Shown: positions 35,082 to 46,008, numbered from the stretch's first letter. The stretch is 64,000 bases of DNA from Bacteroidota bacterium (GCA_035298825.1 DATGXR010000444.1:5819-69818), one strand, 5' to 3'. Notes: generated from the sequence alone by a model not told the origin. Translations and numbers: made by a program.

Positions 35082-36544
35082 CGAAGAACGTCGCGGTCCT
35101 GTCGTTTACGCGCGTCATCACGACGTCGTCGACGCTCTTGTTAATGGTGTTTCTTCCCCGGTATCTGGGCGCGGTCGGATACGGCAGGCTCTATCTGGGA
35201 CAGTCGATCGTCGGCATCTTCGCGTTGTTGATCGAGTTCGGAGGTAACTATTCGATCATGAAGGCTGTTGCGCGTCATCCCGATGAGACCGGGTCGATCT
35301 TCGTGAACTCAATCGGCGTGCGCGTTTTTCTCTGGGTGGTCTCCTTTGCGTTAATGATGATCTACGCAATGTCGGTCGGCTATCCGACGGATGTCGTGTT
35401 GATCGTCGGCATCTCCGGTGTCGGCTCAATGTGGGCCGGTTTCAATAACGTGATAGGCAACTGCTACCGCGGCGTCGAGTTAATGAAGTATCCCTCATTC
35501 GCTGCAATCGCCGAGACGGTCTTCATCGCCACAGCCGGCATTACGGCGCTGCTGCTCGGAGTCGGCCCCGTGGAATATGCAACGATCTCGGTCCTGGGCA
35601 CGCTTTCGGGATCGATCGTACTGGCACGGTTTCGCTGGACGCTCTTTGCGAGCCTTCCGCGCGTCGACTGGTCAAAGGCCATTGCAATGCTGAAGGAAGG
35701 ACTGCCGTATTTTTTAAACACAGTCTTTGGCGTCATCTATTACCGGATCGATACGGTGATGCTCTCTCTGCTCGCGCCGGAGCAGGTCGTTGGATGGTAT
35801 GCGGCAAGCTATCGCTTCTTCGATTCGCTCATGGTCATCCCGGTTGTTTTCACGGTGTCGATCTTCCCGGTGATGTCGCGCCGCTGGGGCACCAATGCGG
35901 CTGTCGAGTCGCTGATGATGCAAAAAAGTCTCGATGTTATTTTAATGACGGCCATTCCGATGGCGATCGGCGCCTTTGCGTTTTCGCCGCAGATCATCCA
36001 TATCTTTTTCGGCGCCACGGACTACGAGCCGTCGATCATGATCTTGAAGATCTTCTCTGTGGGACTAATCCTGCTCTATGTCGACTTTATCCTGGGGACG
36101 GTGCTCTTGTCGTCCGATCAGCAGAATAAAATGCTCCGCATGGGTTTTCTTGCAATCTTCGTGAATGTGGGTTTGAATTATCTGATGATTCCATATGCGC
36201 AGGAACGCCTGGGCAACGGCGGTATCGGCTCGGCCGTTGCGACGCTGGCCACGGAACTCTTTGTGATGGCCAACATGCTCTCATTGATTCCGCGTCGATA
36301 TTTCACAGGCAACACGATTCGCGTTCAGTTGAAGACGATTGTCTCGGGCAGCGCAATGATCGCGTCGCTTTTTGTGCTGCAACAGTTGGGGACCAATTGG
36401 ATCATCAGTGCCATTGGTTCAAGCTCAGTGTATGCGACGGCACTTGCATTCTTACGCGTATTTTCGGAATCCGACAAAGCCCTTGCCCGCTCGATCCTCG
36501 GATCGCTCGTACCGCGCCTGGGATTTTCCCGCTCCGATGCCTAA
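35054..36544 (+). CDS. wzx: oligosaccharide flippase Wzx (MOP/PST family)
   Basis: 496 aa, about 12-14 TM. …AVLSFTRVITTSSTLLLMVFLPRYLGAVGYG… polysaccharide-biosynthesis-protein N-terminus. 28-nt overlap with the upstream gene. Confidence 0.9.
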   Translation: MVSEAAKSVTKNVAVLSFTRVITTSSTLLLMVFLPRYLGAVGYGRLYLGQSIVGIFALLIEFGGNYSIMKAVARHPDETGSIFVNSIGVRVFLWVVSFALMMIYAMSVGYPTDVVLIVGISGVGSMWAGFNNVIGNCYRGVELMKYPSFAAIAETVFIATAGITALLLGVGPVEYATISVLGTLSGSIVLARFRWTLFASLPRVDWSKAIAMLKEGLPYFLNTVFGVIYYRIDTVMLSLLAPEQVVGWYAASYRFFDSLMVIPVVFTVSIFPVMSRRWGTNAAVESLMMQKSLDVILMTAIPMAIGAFAFSPQIIHIFFGATDYEPSIMILKIFSVGLILLYVDFILGTVLLSSDQQNKMLRMGFLAIFVNVGLNYLMIPYAQERLGNGGIGSAVATLATELFVMANMLSLIPRRYFTGNTIRVQLKTIVSGSAMIASLFVLQQLGTNWIISAIGSSSVYATALAFLRVFSESDKALARSILGSLVPRLGFSRSDA

Positions 36545-36615
36545 GATGTGGCGCCAAGTCGGTCACGATAAACAATCGCACAGAAAACGTTCGCTTAGGG
36601 AAGGAACAGCCAACC

Positions 36616-37512
36616 GTGAAAAATCTGGGACCACGCGACGGAGATCCTGAAAGAATCCGTGTACTTTTTTATCATCGCATCAGCAGTACCGCTTCCCGTT
36701 TTGAACGGGCAAGAGATACAGTATCGGAGCGGACATTTCGAACGCATCTCGCTTTGCTGGAACGGTGGGGGTATGATGCAATCACATTTCAGGATTACAA
36801 TCTCTACTTGCAGGGCACATTGAGCCTTCCCAGAAAGCCGGTCATTATCACATTCGACGACGGATACCGCGACGTCTATACGCATGCCTTTCCGGTGATG
36901 AAAGAGTTTGGCTTGCGCGGCGTCATCTTTGTTGTCGGTGAACGTTCGATGCGTACAAACGAGTGGGATCGAGGCATCACTCCATCCTACGAGCTCCTGA
37001 GCAACGAGGAGATTCTCGAATTTCACAACGCGGGATTCGAGATCGGCGCCCATTCAATGCATCACGTGAGACTCACGGATGTGCAAGCGATCGAGGCATG
37101 GGAAGAGCTCTATCAGGCCCGCGTCACAACCGAGAGTCTTTTAAATGCACCCGTCCACACATTCGCTTACCCGTACGGTCTGGTCAACGAAGAGGTTAAA
37201 AAAATGGCGCTCAATGCCGGCTACACTGTCGCCTGCGCAGCGTTCACAGGTCCGCCCATTTTTGGGACAGACTTGCTCGAGGTCAGGCGCATTAGGATCA
37301 TCGACTCGCAAAATCCGGTTGTATTCTGGTTCCAGTTGCAGTCGGTCTATCTCCATTACAGGTTTCTGTGGGGACAGGGAAAAAAGCTAGCCCTTCGGCT
37401 TTTCAGGCGACTTGCCGGTTTATTCAACCATCATCCGGAATTTGTACAGAATTCGGATCGTCTGGCCCGTACACCGCGCGTGCACGATGTAAAATCGGAG
37501 ACACGACAATGA
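36616..37512 (+). CDS. polysaccharide deacetylase (NodB/CE4 family)
   Basis: …VIITFDDGYRDVYTHAFPVMKEFGLRGVIFVVG… (TFDDG motif), …HSMHHVRLT… Start at the GTG at 36616, preceded by GGGAAGGAA. Confidence 0.85.
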   Translation: MKNLGPRDGDPERIRVLFYHRISSTASRFERARDTVSERTFRTHLALLERWGYDAITFQDYNLYLQGTLSLPRKPVIITFDDGYRDVYTHAFPVMKEFGLRGVIFVVGERSMRTNEWDRGITPSYELLSNEEILEFHNAGFEIGAHSMHHVRLTDVQAIEAWEELYQARVTTESLLNAPVHTFAYPYGLVNEEVKKMALNAGYTVACAAFTGPPIFGTDLLEVRRIRIIDSQNPVVFWFQLQSVYLHYRFLWGQGKKLALRLFRRLAGLFNHHPEFVQNSDRLARTPRVHDVKSETRQ

Positions 37513-38600
37513 ACACTCTCACGCTTGTGGGCGCTCATAATCTGCGCCCCGAATGGAACGAACTGCGCCGGCTCGAAGCCGAGGATTTGCATCCGCGCGC
37601 ATCGTATTTCAACAGCGAGCTCAACACGGAACTGATGGACGAGCGGTATTTGATGCGCGCACCGGCGTATCGTCGCACACTCTACGGGCGGATGCCGATC
37701 TGGATGGCGCAAGTATCCGAGGCCTACTGCGTACGCCATCGCTACGACGCCGTCATCTCCTGGAACGAAAAAGTGGGAATCCCGTTCGCCGGTTTGTTGA
37801 AGGCGCGAGGCGCCCCGATGCCGCATGTGGCGATCTTTTCCTGGATCTCGAAGCCGAAGACATCCCGGATGCTTCGCGCGACGCACTCGCACTTCGACCG
37901 GATTATTTTAATGTCGTCGCACCAGCGCGCGCATGCGATTAATGAACTCGGCATCCCCGAATCGAAACTGCCGCTGTTGCGCTGGCCGGTCGACACGCAG
38001 TTTTGGCGTCCGCTGCCCGCGATCACACCGATGATGATCAGCGCCGTCGGACGCGAGATGCGGGATTACGAGACACTCATTGCGGCAGTCGCAGGCTGCA
38101 CGATTCCACTGCATATCGCCGCCAATGTCGTTCAGGGCAAGAACGATCCATGGATTAAGACGATCAACGAGGCACAGCATAAATATCCGAACATTACAGC
38201 TGGCAGGAAAAATTTCTGCGAGTTGCGCGAGCTCTATGCACGGAGCCGGTTCCTGGTGATGCCGGTGCTGCCAACGGACACCGACAATGGCTCGACAAGC
38301 ATTCTGGAAGCAATGGCGATGGGCAAAGCCGTCATCTGCTCGCGCACCGAAGGACAGATCGACATCATCGAGCATGGCAAAACCGGACTCTTCGTCCCGA
38401 CAAAAGATCCCCGCGCGATGCGCGAAGCGATCGACTATCTCTGGAACAATCCGGATGTTGCCGAACGCATGGGCTGCGAAGCCTACGCCTATGCCATGGC
38501 CCATCACCGATTGGAAGACTGGGTCTCGCACATCAAAGGATATGTCGAAGACGCCATCGGCATCCATACCCATCACGATACGAAATCTGCTGAGTCATGA
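37509..38600 (+). CDS. glycosyltransferase, GT4-like (GT-B)
   Basis: C-terminal …STSILEAMAMGKAVICSRTEGQIDIIEHGKTGLFV… (EX7E-type GT4 motif). ATGA start/stop overlap with the upstream gene. Confidence 0.8.
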   Translation: MNTLTLVGAHNLRPEWNELRRLEAEDLHPRASYFNSELNTELMDERYLMRAPAYRRTLYGRMPIWMAQVSEAYCVRHRYDAVISWNEKVGIPFAGLLKARGAPMPHVAIFSWISKPKTSRMLRATHSHFDRIILMSSHQRAHAINELGIPESKLPLLRWPVDTQFWRPLPAITPMMISAVGREMRDYETLIAAVAGCTIPLHIAANVVQGKNDPWIKTINEAQHKYPNITAGRKNFCELRELYARSRFLVMPVLPTDTDNGSTSILEAMAMGKAVICSRTEGQIDIIEHGKTGLFVPTKDPRAMREAIDYLWNNPDVAERMGCEAYAYAMAHHRLEDWVSHIKGYVEDAIGIHTHHDTKSAES

Positions 38601-39820
38601 AAATCTTAATGGTATTCCCCTACGCGCCTCTTCCTCCGCCGCACGATCTGGGAGGCACGAAACGCAATCTGCCATTCTTTCGCGAGCTTGCCTCGCGAAA
38701 TGATGTGACCGTACTGTCATACGGAACGAAAAGCGACGAAGCGCTCTTCCGCGCCGAGTACGAAGCGTTGTGCACAGAGATCATCTTCGTCAACAAGAAG
38801 CGTCCGAGAATCTACCACGCGCTTGAAGCCCTCTGGCTTCTGGGCACTGGCCGCTCGACGTTCCGCCAGCTCTATCGGCGCGCGATGCAGCGCGCGCTCA
38901 ACCGGCTCGGTGCGCACATCCGGTTCGATGTGGTCTATTGCATGACGCAGGCATTCGGATATTTTCGCTTCTTCAAGGGTACGCCTGTCGTCAGCGACGC
39001 ACATAACGTGGAGAGCGATATCATTTTTCGGACCTATCAGCACGCACACAACGGTTTCTGGAAATTGTTTCATTATCTCGCCTATCGCTACGGCGAACGC
39101 GATGAGAAACGCAACCTTCGGCGCTTCAGCGCCATCACCGCCACGACCGAGCGCGATGCCGCCATCTTCCGCTCGTGGCTGCCGGAGCAGTCGATCTCGG
39201 TCATCCAAAATGGCGTTGATGCGATTTTTTTCAGTCAACTCGATATCACACCCGAACCTCATTCATTGGTCTTTACAGGATTAATGTCGTATCACCCGAA
39301 CGATTCGGGCATACAGTATTTTCTGGATGAAATACTGCCTCGTATCATCGAGAAGGTCCCCGATACCAAAATCACGATCGTCGGCAAAGATCCGAGTTCC
39401 CGACTGTGCGCCCGACGCTCGGAGCGCGTGACGGTCACCGGATTTGTGGACGACGTGCGGCCCTTTATCGCGCGGGCCTCGGTCTTCATCATTCCGCTGA
39501 AGATTGGAGGAGGCGTGAGAGGCAAGGCACTTGAAGCGATGGCAATGCGCACGCCGATCGTCACAACGACGATCGGTGTCGAAGGAATCAATTTGACGCA
39601 TGAGCATTCGGCGTTGTTTGCCGATACGCCTGAGAAGTTTGCCGCAGCCGTCGTCCGTATGTTTTCTGATGACGCACTGCGTTTCAGGCTGGCTTCGAAC
39701 GCTTTTACAACCGTGGCGCAGGAAAACAACTGGCACGCCAAAGGCGAAGCGCTTGAGCAGCTTCTTGCCCGTGTGGCGGCTGTGAGGCAGCCGGTGGCAA
39801 CAGCAGCGGTCGCGGTGTGA
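38597..39820 (+). CDS. glycosyltransferase family 4
   Basis: …IIPLKIGGGVRGKALEAMAMRTPIVTTTIGVEGI… GT4 C-terminal motif. ATGA overlap with the previous gene. Confidence 0.85.
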   Translation: MKILMVFPYAPLPPPHDLGGTKRNLPFFRELASRNDVTVLSYGTKSDEALFRAEYEALCTEIIFVNKKRPRIYHALEALWLLGTGRSTFRQLYRRAMQRALNRLGAHIRFDVVYCMTQAFGYFRFFKGTPVVSDAHNVESDIIFRTYQHAHNGFWKLFHYLAYRYGERDEKRNLRRFSAITATTERDAAIFRSWLPEQSISVIQNGVDAIFFSQLDITPEPHSLVFTGLMSYHPNDSGIQYFLDEILPRIIEKVPDTKITIVGKDPSSRLCARRSERVTVTGFVDDVRPFIARASVFIIPLKIGGGVRGKALEAMAMRTPIVTTTIGVEGINLTHEHSALFADTPEKFAAAVVRMFSDDALRFRLASNAFTTVAQENNWHAKGEALEQLLARVAAVRQPVATAAVAV

Positions 39821-40779
39821 ATGAGATGAGATCGATTAACCATTCTTTTTTTCTTCATACAGGGAAAATGCGAATGAACCAACTACTGATTATCAAATGC
39901 GGCGCTGCCGGTGATGTCGTGCGCACAACAACACTGCTTCATCCGTTTGCCGGCTGGGAGATCGACTGGCTGGTTGCCAAAGAAAACAGCATGCTCCTTC
40001 CCACGTCGCGGCTGCGCTCGGTTTACGACGACCCTGATCGGCTTTCGGGCGAGGTCACCTACGATCTCGTGATCAATCTTGAGGACGATACAGAGTATGT
40101 TAATACCGTCTGCGCACGCGTGCGCGCTCACACAATCTTCGGAGCCTATGCCTGTTCCGATGGCAGTCTGGCCTATACACCTGACGCCGCAGGATGGTTC
40201 GACATGGGACTCATCAGTCGATACGGACTTGCCCGGGCCAACGAGCTCAAGTTTAAGAATCGCCGTTCCTATCAGGAGATCATCTTCGAAGGCCTGGGGC
40301 TGCGTTTCAATGGCGAACCCTATGTGATGCCCGACCAAATCCCAACAAGCCCGCTCGCCGGAGACATCGCTGTGGCGCCGACTGCAGGCAAGCGCTGGCC
40401 GATGAAGAACTGGGCGTACATCGACGATCTGATCAGCGAGCTTTCGCTGAGCTATCGGGTCAATGTGCTGCCGGTGCGACCAACAATGCTGGAGCATCTG
40501 GCCGACATTAACAACCACGTGTATGTGATCTCGCCCGACAGTTTGCCGATGCATCTGGCGATCGGAGTCGGCAAGCCGTGCATGGCCATCTTTCCATGCA
40601 CAAGTCCGTGGGAAATTTTTGACTACGACCTGCTCACGAAAATCGTGTCGCCGAAACTCGAGCGCTACTTCTTCGGCAAGGCATTCATCGAGGACGCCGT
40701 GACATGCATTCCGTACAACCACGTGCGATTGGCCGTGCTCTCAGACCTCGCACGTCACACGATCGGGGTATCAGTATAA
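39817..40779 (+). CDS. glycosyltransferase family 9 (heptosyltransferase-like)
   Basis: …MRMNQLLIIKCGAAGDVVRTTTLL… (GT9 N-terminal lGDv motif). …ISPDSLPMHLAIGVGKPCMAIF… (GT9 C-terminal motif). Alternative start at 39868. Confidence 0.8.
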   Translation: MNEMRSINHSFFLHTGKMRMNQLLIIKCGAAGDVVRTTTLLHPFAGWEIDWLVAKENSMLLPTSRLRSVYDDPDRLSGEVTYDLVINLEDDTEYVNTVCARVRAHTIFGAYACSDGSLAYTPDAAGWFDMGLISRYGLARANELKFKNRRSYQEIIFEGLGLRFNGEPYVMPDQIPTSPLAGDIAVAPTAGKRWPMKNWAYIDDLISELSLSYRVNVLPVRPTMLEHLADINNHVYVISPDSLPMHLAIGVGKPCMAIFPCTSPWEIFDYDLLTKIVSPKLERYFFGKAFIEDAVTCIPYNHVRLAVLSDLARHTIGVSV

Positions 40780-40864
40780 TCAGTCAGCGTAAATGATACA
40801 TCCAGTTGATTCGATCCCTCTTCAAGCGACATTTTTTCTTATCATATTAAAAGGTTTCATACCA

Positions 40865-42001
40865 ATGTCGAATAAAAAAAAATATCGGTTTTTATTTTCT
40901 GTTGCAATGTTCAGCGGCAACGCCACCTATTATAAAAATCTGGTGGACCTCGTCTCGGCCATGGAGGATATCGATCCGACTTGGCTGCCGATCGAATGGT
41001 CGCCTCCGGAATGGTTCGCACGCATTCCTCCCGCTTCGCTGAACTGGAGCATTAAAGGCGGACTCGTCACGCATTCGCGCGTGCAGGCGCTTGAGCGCTC
41101 CGGACGAAGATTCGACGCCGCGCTGTTCCATCATCAGCTGCTTCCGTTGTGGCTCTTCGATTTCAGGAAGCGCGTGCCGATGGTCATCACGACCGATGCA
41201 ACACCGGTGCTGCACGACAACTACGGGAAGTGGTACGAAAAACGCATGAGCCTGAAGTATTCGCTGCTGTCTTCAGCTAAACGAAGCATGACCCGTGCGG
41301 TCTTCCAGGACGCGCATTACGTGTTGCCATTTTCTGACTGGGTGAAGCGATCGCTGATCGACGATTATCAGACACCGGCTGAGCACATTGAAGTAATTCC
41401 GCCAGGAATCAATCTCTCGGTGTGGAACAACGCTGCGAAATCCTCCGACTCACAGCGTCCGCTGCGTGTATTGTTTGTCGGCGGACACTTCATGCGCAAA
41501 GGCGGCGACATGGTTGTGCGCGCGGCAGGCAGGAAGGAATTCTCCAACTGCCAGTTCGATATCGTCACACAGGATGCGCCGATGGCGCTTCCTGAAAATG
41601 TCCGCATTCATACGCATGTCACAGCCAACAGCAAAGAGATGATCGATCTGTATAATGCGGCCGACGTCTTCGTGCTGCCGACAAGGGCCGATTTCCATTC
41701 CTGGGTCAGCCTGGAGGCCATGGCGATGCATCTGCCGGTGATCACGACCAATGTGGGCGCGATGAGCGAGATCGTCGACGACGGCGCCTCGGGCTTCATT
41801 ATTCCGGTCGACGACGAAGACGCGTTTACCGATCGCCTGCATCGCCTTGTCGAGAGCGAGCCGATGCGCGCCAGGTTTGGCCAATGCGGCCGCAACCGGG
41901 TCGAGCACAAGTTCGATCTGCATGTGAATATTGAAAAAACAATCCAATACCTGAAACGGGCGGCAGATAAAAAACAATCGGCTACATCCGTCCATCACTA
42001 A
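40865..42001 (+). CDS. glycosyltransferase family 4
   Basis: …VFVLPTRADFHSWVSLEAMAMHLPVITTNVGAMSEIVDDGASGFII… Start at the ATG at 40865 (MSNKKKYRF). Contains an A9 tract at codons 3-6. Confidence 0.85.
   Translation: MSNKKKYRFLFSVAMFSGNATYYKNLVDLVSAMEDIDPTWLPIEWSPPEWFARIPPASLNWSIKGGLVTHSRVQALERSGRRFDAALFHHQLLPLWLFDFRKRVPMVITTDATPVLHDNYGKWYEKRMSLKYSLLSSAKRSMTRAVFQDAHYVLPFSDWVKRSLIDDYQTPAEHIEVIPPGINLSVWNNAAKSSDSQRPLRVLFVGGHFMRKGGDMVVRAAGRKEFSNCQFDIVTQDAPMALPENVRIHTHVTANSKEMIDLYNAADVFVLPTRADFHSWVSLEAMAMHLPVITTNVGAMSEIVDDGASGFIIPVDDEDAFTDRLHRLVESEPMRARFGQCGRNRVEHKFDLHVNIEKTIQYLKRAADKKQSATSVHH
40874..40882. repeat. A9 homopolymeric tract inside the 5' coding region of a GT4 gene
   Basis: ATG TCG AAT AAA AAA AAA TAT in a 60% GC genome. 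A classic slipped-strand mispairing substrate. Confidence 0.6.
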
Positions 42002-42032
42002 ACCGGAACGCTGATCGCGCGCGCATACACAC

Positions 42033-42944
42033 ATGAAATCTCCCAAACTGACGATGGGCATGCCTGTCTACAACGGTGAGCAGTTTCTTGCCACCGCGAT
42101 CGAATGCGCTCTCGGACAGACATTCACCGATTTCGAACTGATCATCTCCGACAACGGATCGACTGATTGCACGCGTGAGATCTGCGAACGCTATGCGGCG
42201 CACGATGAGCGCGTGCGGATCGTGCGTTTTGAAACAAATCATGGACTCCTGGCGAATTTCAACCGCGTGTACGAACTGGCCCGCGGAGAGTATTTCAAGT
42301 GGACGCCGCACGACGACACATACGATCCGGCGTTCATCGAACGATGCGTGCGCGTGCTCGATACCGATCCGACCGTCGTGGCATGCTCGTGTCCGTTTCT
42401 GATCATCGACGAGAGGGGAGCGATCGTGGGTCCGAGCGGCGCCGATATCGACGCCGATTCGCCCATGCTGCATGAACGGTTCTACGCGCTCTTGAACAAC
42501 ACGAAATGTTTCGACTTGTTTGCCGTCATCCGAAAATCAGCGCTCGATCTTCTGCCCAAACCGCTGTATGCCGCCTACGGCCATGCCGACGGCGTCCTGC
42601 TTGCGCGTCTGGGAATGCTCGGACGGATTCATCACCTGAGCGAAGCGCTGTATTATAACCGCGACCATAAGGACCGCGGTCATTATAAATTCAAGACCTA
42701 TCGGGAACTGATTTATTTTCTCGATCCGTCGAAACAAGGATCGATCGTCTTTCCGCGCTGGCGCATGGCGGCAGAATTTTTCAAAACCGTCGGCATGTTT
42801 CCTCTTCCTCCCGGCGAGCGTCTGAAGTGCTACGGACTTGTCGTGCGCTGGTGCGGCTGGTATTGGACGAGCTTCGTCTGGAATCTGGCGGACGTTGCCC
42901 GAATGATCGTCACAGGCGAACCGTTTCGCAAAAAGCGCACATAG
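42033..42944 (+). CDS. glycosyltransferase family 2
   Basis: …LTMGMPVYNGEQFLATAIECALGQTFTDFELIISDNGSTD… GT2 N-terminus with a DxD-type region. Confidence 0.9.
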   Translation: MKSPKLTMGMPVYNGEQFLATAIECALGQTFTDFELIISDNGSTDCTREICERYAAHDERVRIVRFETNHGLLANFNRVYELARGEYFKWTPHDDTYDPAFIERCVRVLDTDPTVVACSCPFLIIDERGAIVGPSGADIDADSPMLHERFYALLNNTKCFDLFAVIRKSALDLLPKPLYAAYGHADGVLLARLGMLGRIHHLSEALYYNRDHKDRGHYKFKTYRELIYFLDPSKQGSIVFPRWRMAAEFFKTVGMFPLPPGERLKCYGLVVRWCGWYWTSFVWNLADVARMIVTGEPFRKKRT

Positions 42945-43043
42945 CGCGCGTCATTAAGTTATTCATCTGTCCCAATTGTTTTTGGCTGACTCGCATACAT
43001 CTATCACGCATTCTTCATCACATATACACATACACACACATCG

Positions 43044-44111
43044 ATGAACGCAGATTTTTGGAAATCGAAAAAAGTGCTTATCACGGGGCACACCGGCTTC
43101 AAGGGCGCATGGCTCTGTCTGTGGCTTCAGCGTCTGGGCGCCGAAGTGACCGGCTTCGCGCTTGAGCCGCCCACAGACCCGAACCTCTTTCGGCTGGCAC
43201 ACGCCGGGCGCGACATGCACTCGATCACGGGCGATGTGCGAAACCAGGAGGCGCTTGTGCGCGCGATGCAGGACGCGCGACCCGAGATCGTCATTCACAT
43301 GGCGGCGCAGACCGTCGTTCGCACCGGCTACGACGATCCCTTCGGCACCTATGAAACCAACGTGATGGGCACGGTCAATGTGCTGGAGGCCGTGCGCAAG
43401 ACCGAGTCTGTACGCTCGGTGGTGAATGTGACAACGGACAAATGTTATGAAAACAGGGAATGGGAATGGGCCTACAGGGAGAATGAGGCCTTGGGCGGAT
43501 TCGATCCGTATTCGAACAGCAAGGCATGCTCTGAGCTTGTAACATCGGCGTACAAAAATTCATTCTTCCTCGCGCGGGAAAAGGAAATCGGCATTGCCAC
43601 CGCCCGGGCCGGCAACGTGCTCGGAGGCGGAGACTGGACGCGCGACCAGCTCATTCCGGACATCATGCGCGCCTGCATGGAACACCGCACGGTGCTCATC
43701 CGCAGTCCGCATGCCACACGTCCCTGGCAGTTTGTGCTCGAACCGCTGCGCGGGTATCTGACGATCGCCGAATGCCTCTATGACGATCCGGCGCGGTTTT
43801 CACAGGCCTGGAACTTCGGTCCCACGGATGACGACGCCAAACCTGTTTCGTGGATCGTGGACAGACTCTGCCGATTGTGGGGCGCAGACGCCGCCTGGAA
43901 ACTCGACACCGAGGTTCATCCGCATGAAGCCAATTATCTCAAGGTCGATTCATCGAAGGCAAAGGCGCATCTGGCGTGGACGCCCCGCATGCATATCGGC
44001 CAAACGCTCGAATTTGTCGTTGAATGGTACAAATCCTATTATCACAGGCATGACGAGAGAGAACTGACCGACATGCACATCACGCGTTATGAACTTATGG
44101 AGCATCCATGA
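43044..44111 (+). CDS. rfbG: CDP-glucose 4,6-dehydratase
   Basis: …KVLITGHTGFKGAWL… (Rossmann), …DPYSNSKAC… (YxxxK), and overall co-linearity with RfbG/DdhB. Adjacent to rfbF. Confidence 0.9.
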   Translation: MNADFWKSKKVLITGHTGFKGAWLCLWLQRLGAEVTGFALEPPTDPNLFRLAHAGRDMHSITGDVRNQEALVRAMQDARPEIVIHMAAQTVVRTGYDDPFGTYETNVMGTVNVLEAVRKTESVRSVVNVTTDKCYENREWEWAYRENEALGGFDPYSNSKACSELVTSAYKNSFFLAREKEIGIATARAGNVLGGGDWTRDQLIPDIMRACMEHRTVLIRSPHATRPWQFVLEPLRGYLTIAECLYDDPARFSQAWNFGPTDDDAKPVSWIVDRLCRLWGADAAWKLDTEVHPHEANYLKVDSSKAKAHLAWTPRMHIGQTLEFVVEWYKSYYHRHDERELTDMHITRYELMEHP

Positions 44112-44656
44112 TCTTCACTGAAACATCGCTGAAGGGTGCCTTCACGATTGACCTTGCACCGCACTCGGATGAGCGCGGATTTTTCGCCCGCTCGTTCTGC
44201 CGCAAAGAATTTGAAGCACACGGACTCGATCCCGCGGTCCTGCAGTGCAATATCTCGCTCAATCACAAGAAGGGCACACTGCGCGGTATGCACTTCCAGA
44301 CTGCGCCGTTCGAAGAAGTCAAGATTGTGCGCTGCACGCGCGGCGAGATCGTCGATACCATCATCGACCTGAGACGGGAATCTTCGACATACCTGCAGTG
44401 GATTTCGGTGCATCTAACCGAAAATAATCATACAATGCTCTATGTGCCACGACATTTTGCGCACGGCTTCCAGGCTTTGGCCGACAATACAGAATTGATG
44501 TACCAGGTGTCACAGGAATACTCCCCCGCGCACGCAACGGGCGTCCGCTTCGACGATCCTGCCTTCGGCATCAAATGGCCGCTTCCTGTGAGTGTCATTT
44601 CGAAGGCCGACAGCTCATGGCCGTTATACACACCGCAGGCGGCAGTCTGGGTATAA
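44108..44656 (+). CDS. RmlC-family cupin: NDP-4-keto-6-deoxyhexose 3,5-epimerase-like
   Basis: …RGFFARSF…GLDPAVLQCNISLNHKKGTLRGMHFQ…EVKIVRCTRGEIVDTIIDLRRES… matches the dTDP-4-dehydrorhamnose 3,5-epimerase fold and active-site His/Lys positions. Confidence 0.85.
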   Translation: MIFTETSLKGAFTIDLAPHSDERGFFARSFCRKEFEAHGLDPAVLQCNISLNHKKGTLRGMHFQTAPFEEVKIVRCTRGEIVDTIIDLRRESSTYLQWISVHLTENNHTMLYVPRHFAHGFQALADNTELMYQVSQEYSPAHATGVRFDDPAFGIKWPLPVSVISKADSSWPLYTPQAAVWV

Positions 44657-44724
44657 ACACGACAGGCAAATTTTTTTTATTTATTCATCTTTTTATTATT
44701 GAGAAAGGATACGGGGTTGAGGCT

Positions 44725-46008
44725 ATGGTGATCGTAGACACACAATTGCTGGAACTCGAACGCAAAGGCACGCCTGTGCGAGTTGGCCTGGTCGGAGCAG
44801 GCGTGATGGGACGGATGATTGCGCTGCAGCTGTTGACGCCGCTAACCGGCATTCGTTTGGTGGCAATCGCCAACCGGACAATCGACAAAGCGAGCCAGGC
44901 ATACACTGAAAACGGTGCGGCCGAAGTACAGACCGTATGTTCGGTCGCGCAATTAACTGAAGCCATCCGGCAGCGCCGGGCGGCCATTACCGATGATCCC
45001 GTATTACTATGCGCATCGAATGAGATCGACGTCATCGTCGAATCCACCGGCACAATCGAATTCGCCGCGCACACAGTGATGAATGCGATCGAACAAAAAA
45101 AACATATCGTGCTGGTCAATGCCGAACTCGACTCGACACTCGGTCCGATCCTGAAGCATTATGCCGACAAGGCCGGCGTCATCATCACCAACGTCGACGG
45201 AGACGAACCCGGCGTCGCGATGAACCTCGTGCGCTATCTGCGCTCGCTCGGATTCGAAACAGTCGGCGCCGGCAATCTGAAAGGTATGATCGATCGCTAT
45301 CGCACCCCCGCCACGCAGCGCGCCTTCGCCGATCAGTACGGGCAGAACGCGGCGATCATCACCTCATTCGCCGACGGCACAAAGCTCGCGATGGAGGAAA
45401 CGATCCTGGCCAATGCCGCCGGCTTCCGGGTCGGCACGCGCGGCATGTATGGACCGAAGTGCACGCACGTCAAAGAGATCGCCTCGCTGCTTCCGGCCGA
45501 ACAATTGCTCAACGGCGGACTCGTCGATTACGCGCTCGGGGCCGAACCCTTCTCGGGCGCATTTGTGATCGTGCACGAAACGCACCCCGTCAAGCAGAAG
45601 CATCTCGCGTATCTCAAAATGGGAAGCGGCCCGTTCTATGTGTTCTATACGCCGTATCATCTGCCGCATATTCAGCTGCCCTCGTCGATTGCCCGGGCGG
45701 CGCTCTTCGGCGATGCCACCACTGCTCCCATCGGCGATCCGAAAACGGAAGTCATCACCATCACAAAAAAAGATCTCGTGGAGGGAGAATTCCTGGACGG
45801 CGTGGGCGGATTCTGCACATACGGCACGATCGAGAACTCGCCCGTCGCCCGGCGCGAGAACCTGCTTCCAATGGGACTCTCGGAAGGATGCCAGGTGAAG
45901 CACAAGATCGCCAAGAACACACCGCTCACATTCGACGACGTGCTCCTGCCGCAAAACCGGTTGTGTGACCGGCTCTGGAACGAACAACGCGCGATCTTTT
46001 CTTTCTGA
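44725..46008 (+). CDS. NAD(P)-binding oxidoreductase with C-terminal SAF domain (COG4091 'predicted homoserine dehydrogenase'-like); probable NDP-ketosugar reductase
   Basis: …VGLVGAGVMGRMIA… Rossmann N-terminus, then a C-terminal beta-rich SAF-like segment. The upstream 68-bp intergenic is AT-rich. Confidence 0.65.
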   Translation: MVIVDTQLLELERKGTPVRVGLVGAGVMGRMIALQLLTPLTGIRLVAIANRTIDKASQAYTENGAAEVQTVCSVAQLTEAIRQRRAAITDDPVLLCASNEIDVIVESTGTIEFAAHTVMNAIEQKKHIVLVNAELDSTLGPILKHYADKAGVIITNVDGDEPGVAMNLVRYLRSLGFETVGAGNLKGMIDRYRTPATQRAFADQYGQNAAIITSFADGTKLAMEETILANAAGFRVGTRGMYGPKCTHVKEIASLLPAEQLLNGGLVDYALGAEPFSGAFVIVHETHPVKQKHLAYLKMGSGPFYVFYTPYHLPHIQLPSSIARAALFGDATTAPIGDPKTEVITITKKDLVEGEFLDGVGGFCTYGTIENSPVARRENLLPMGLSEGCQVKHKIAKNTPLTFDDVLLPQNRLCDRLWNEQRAIFSF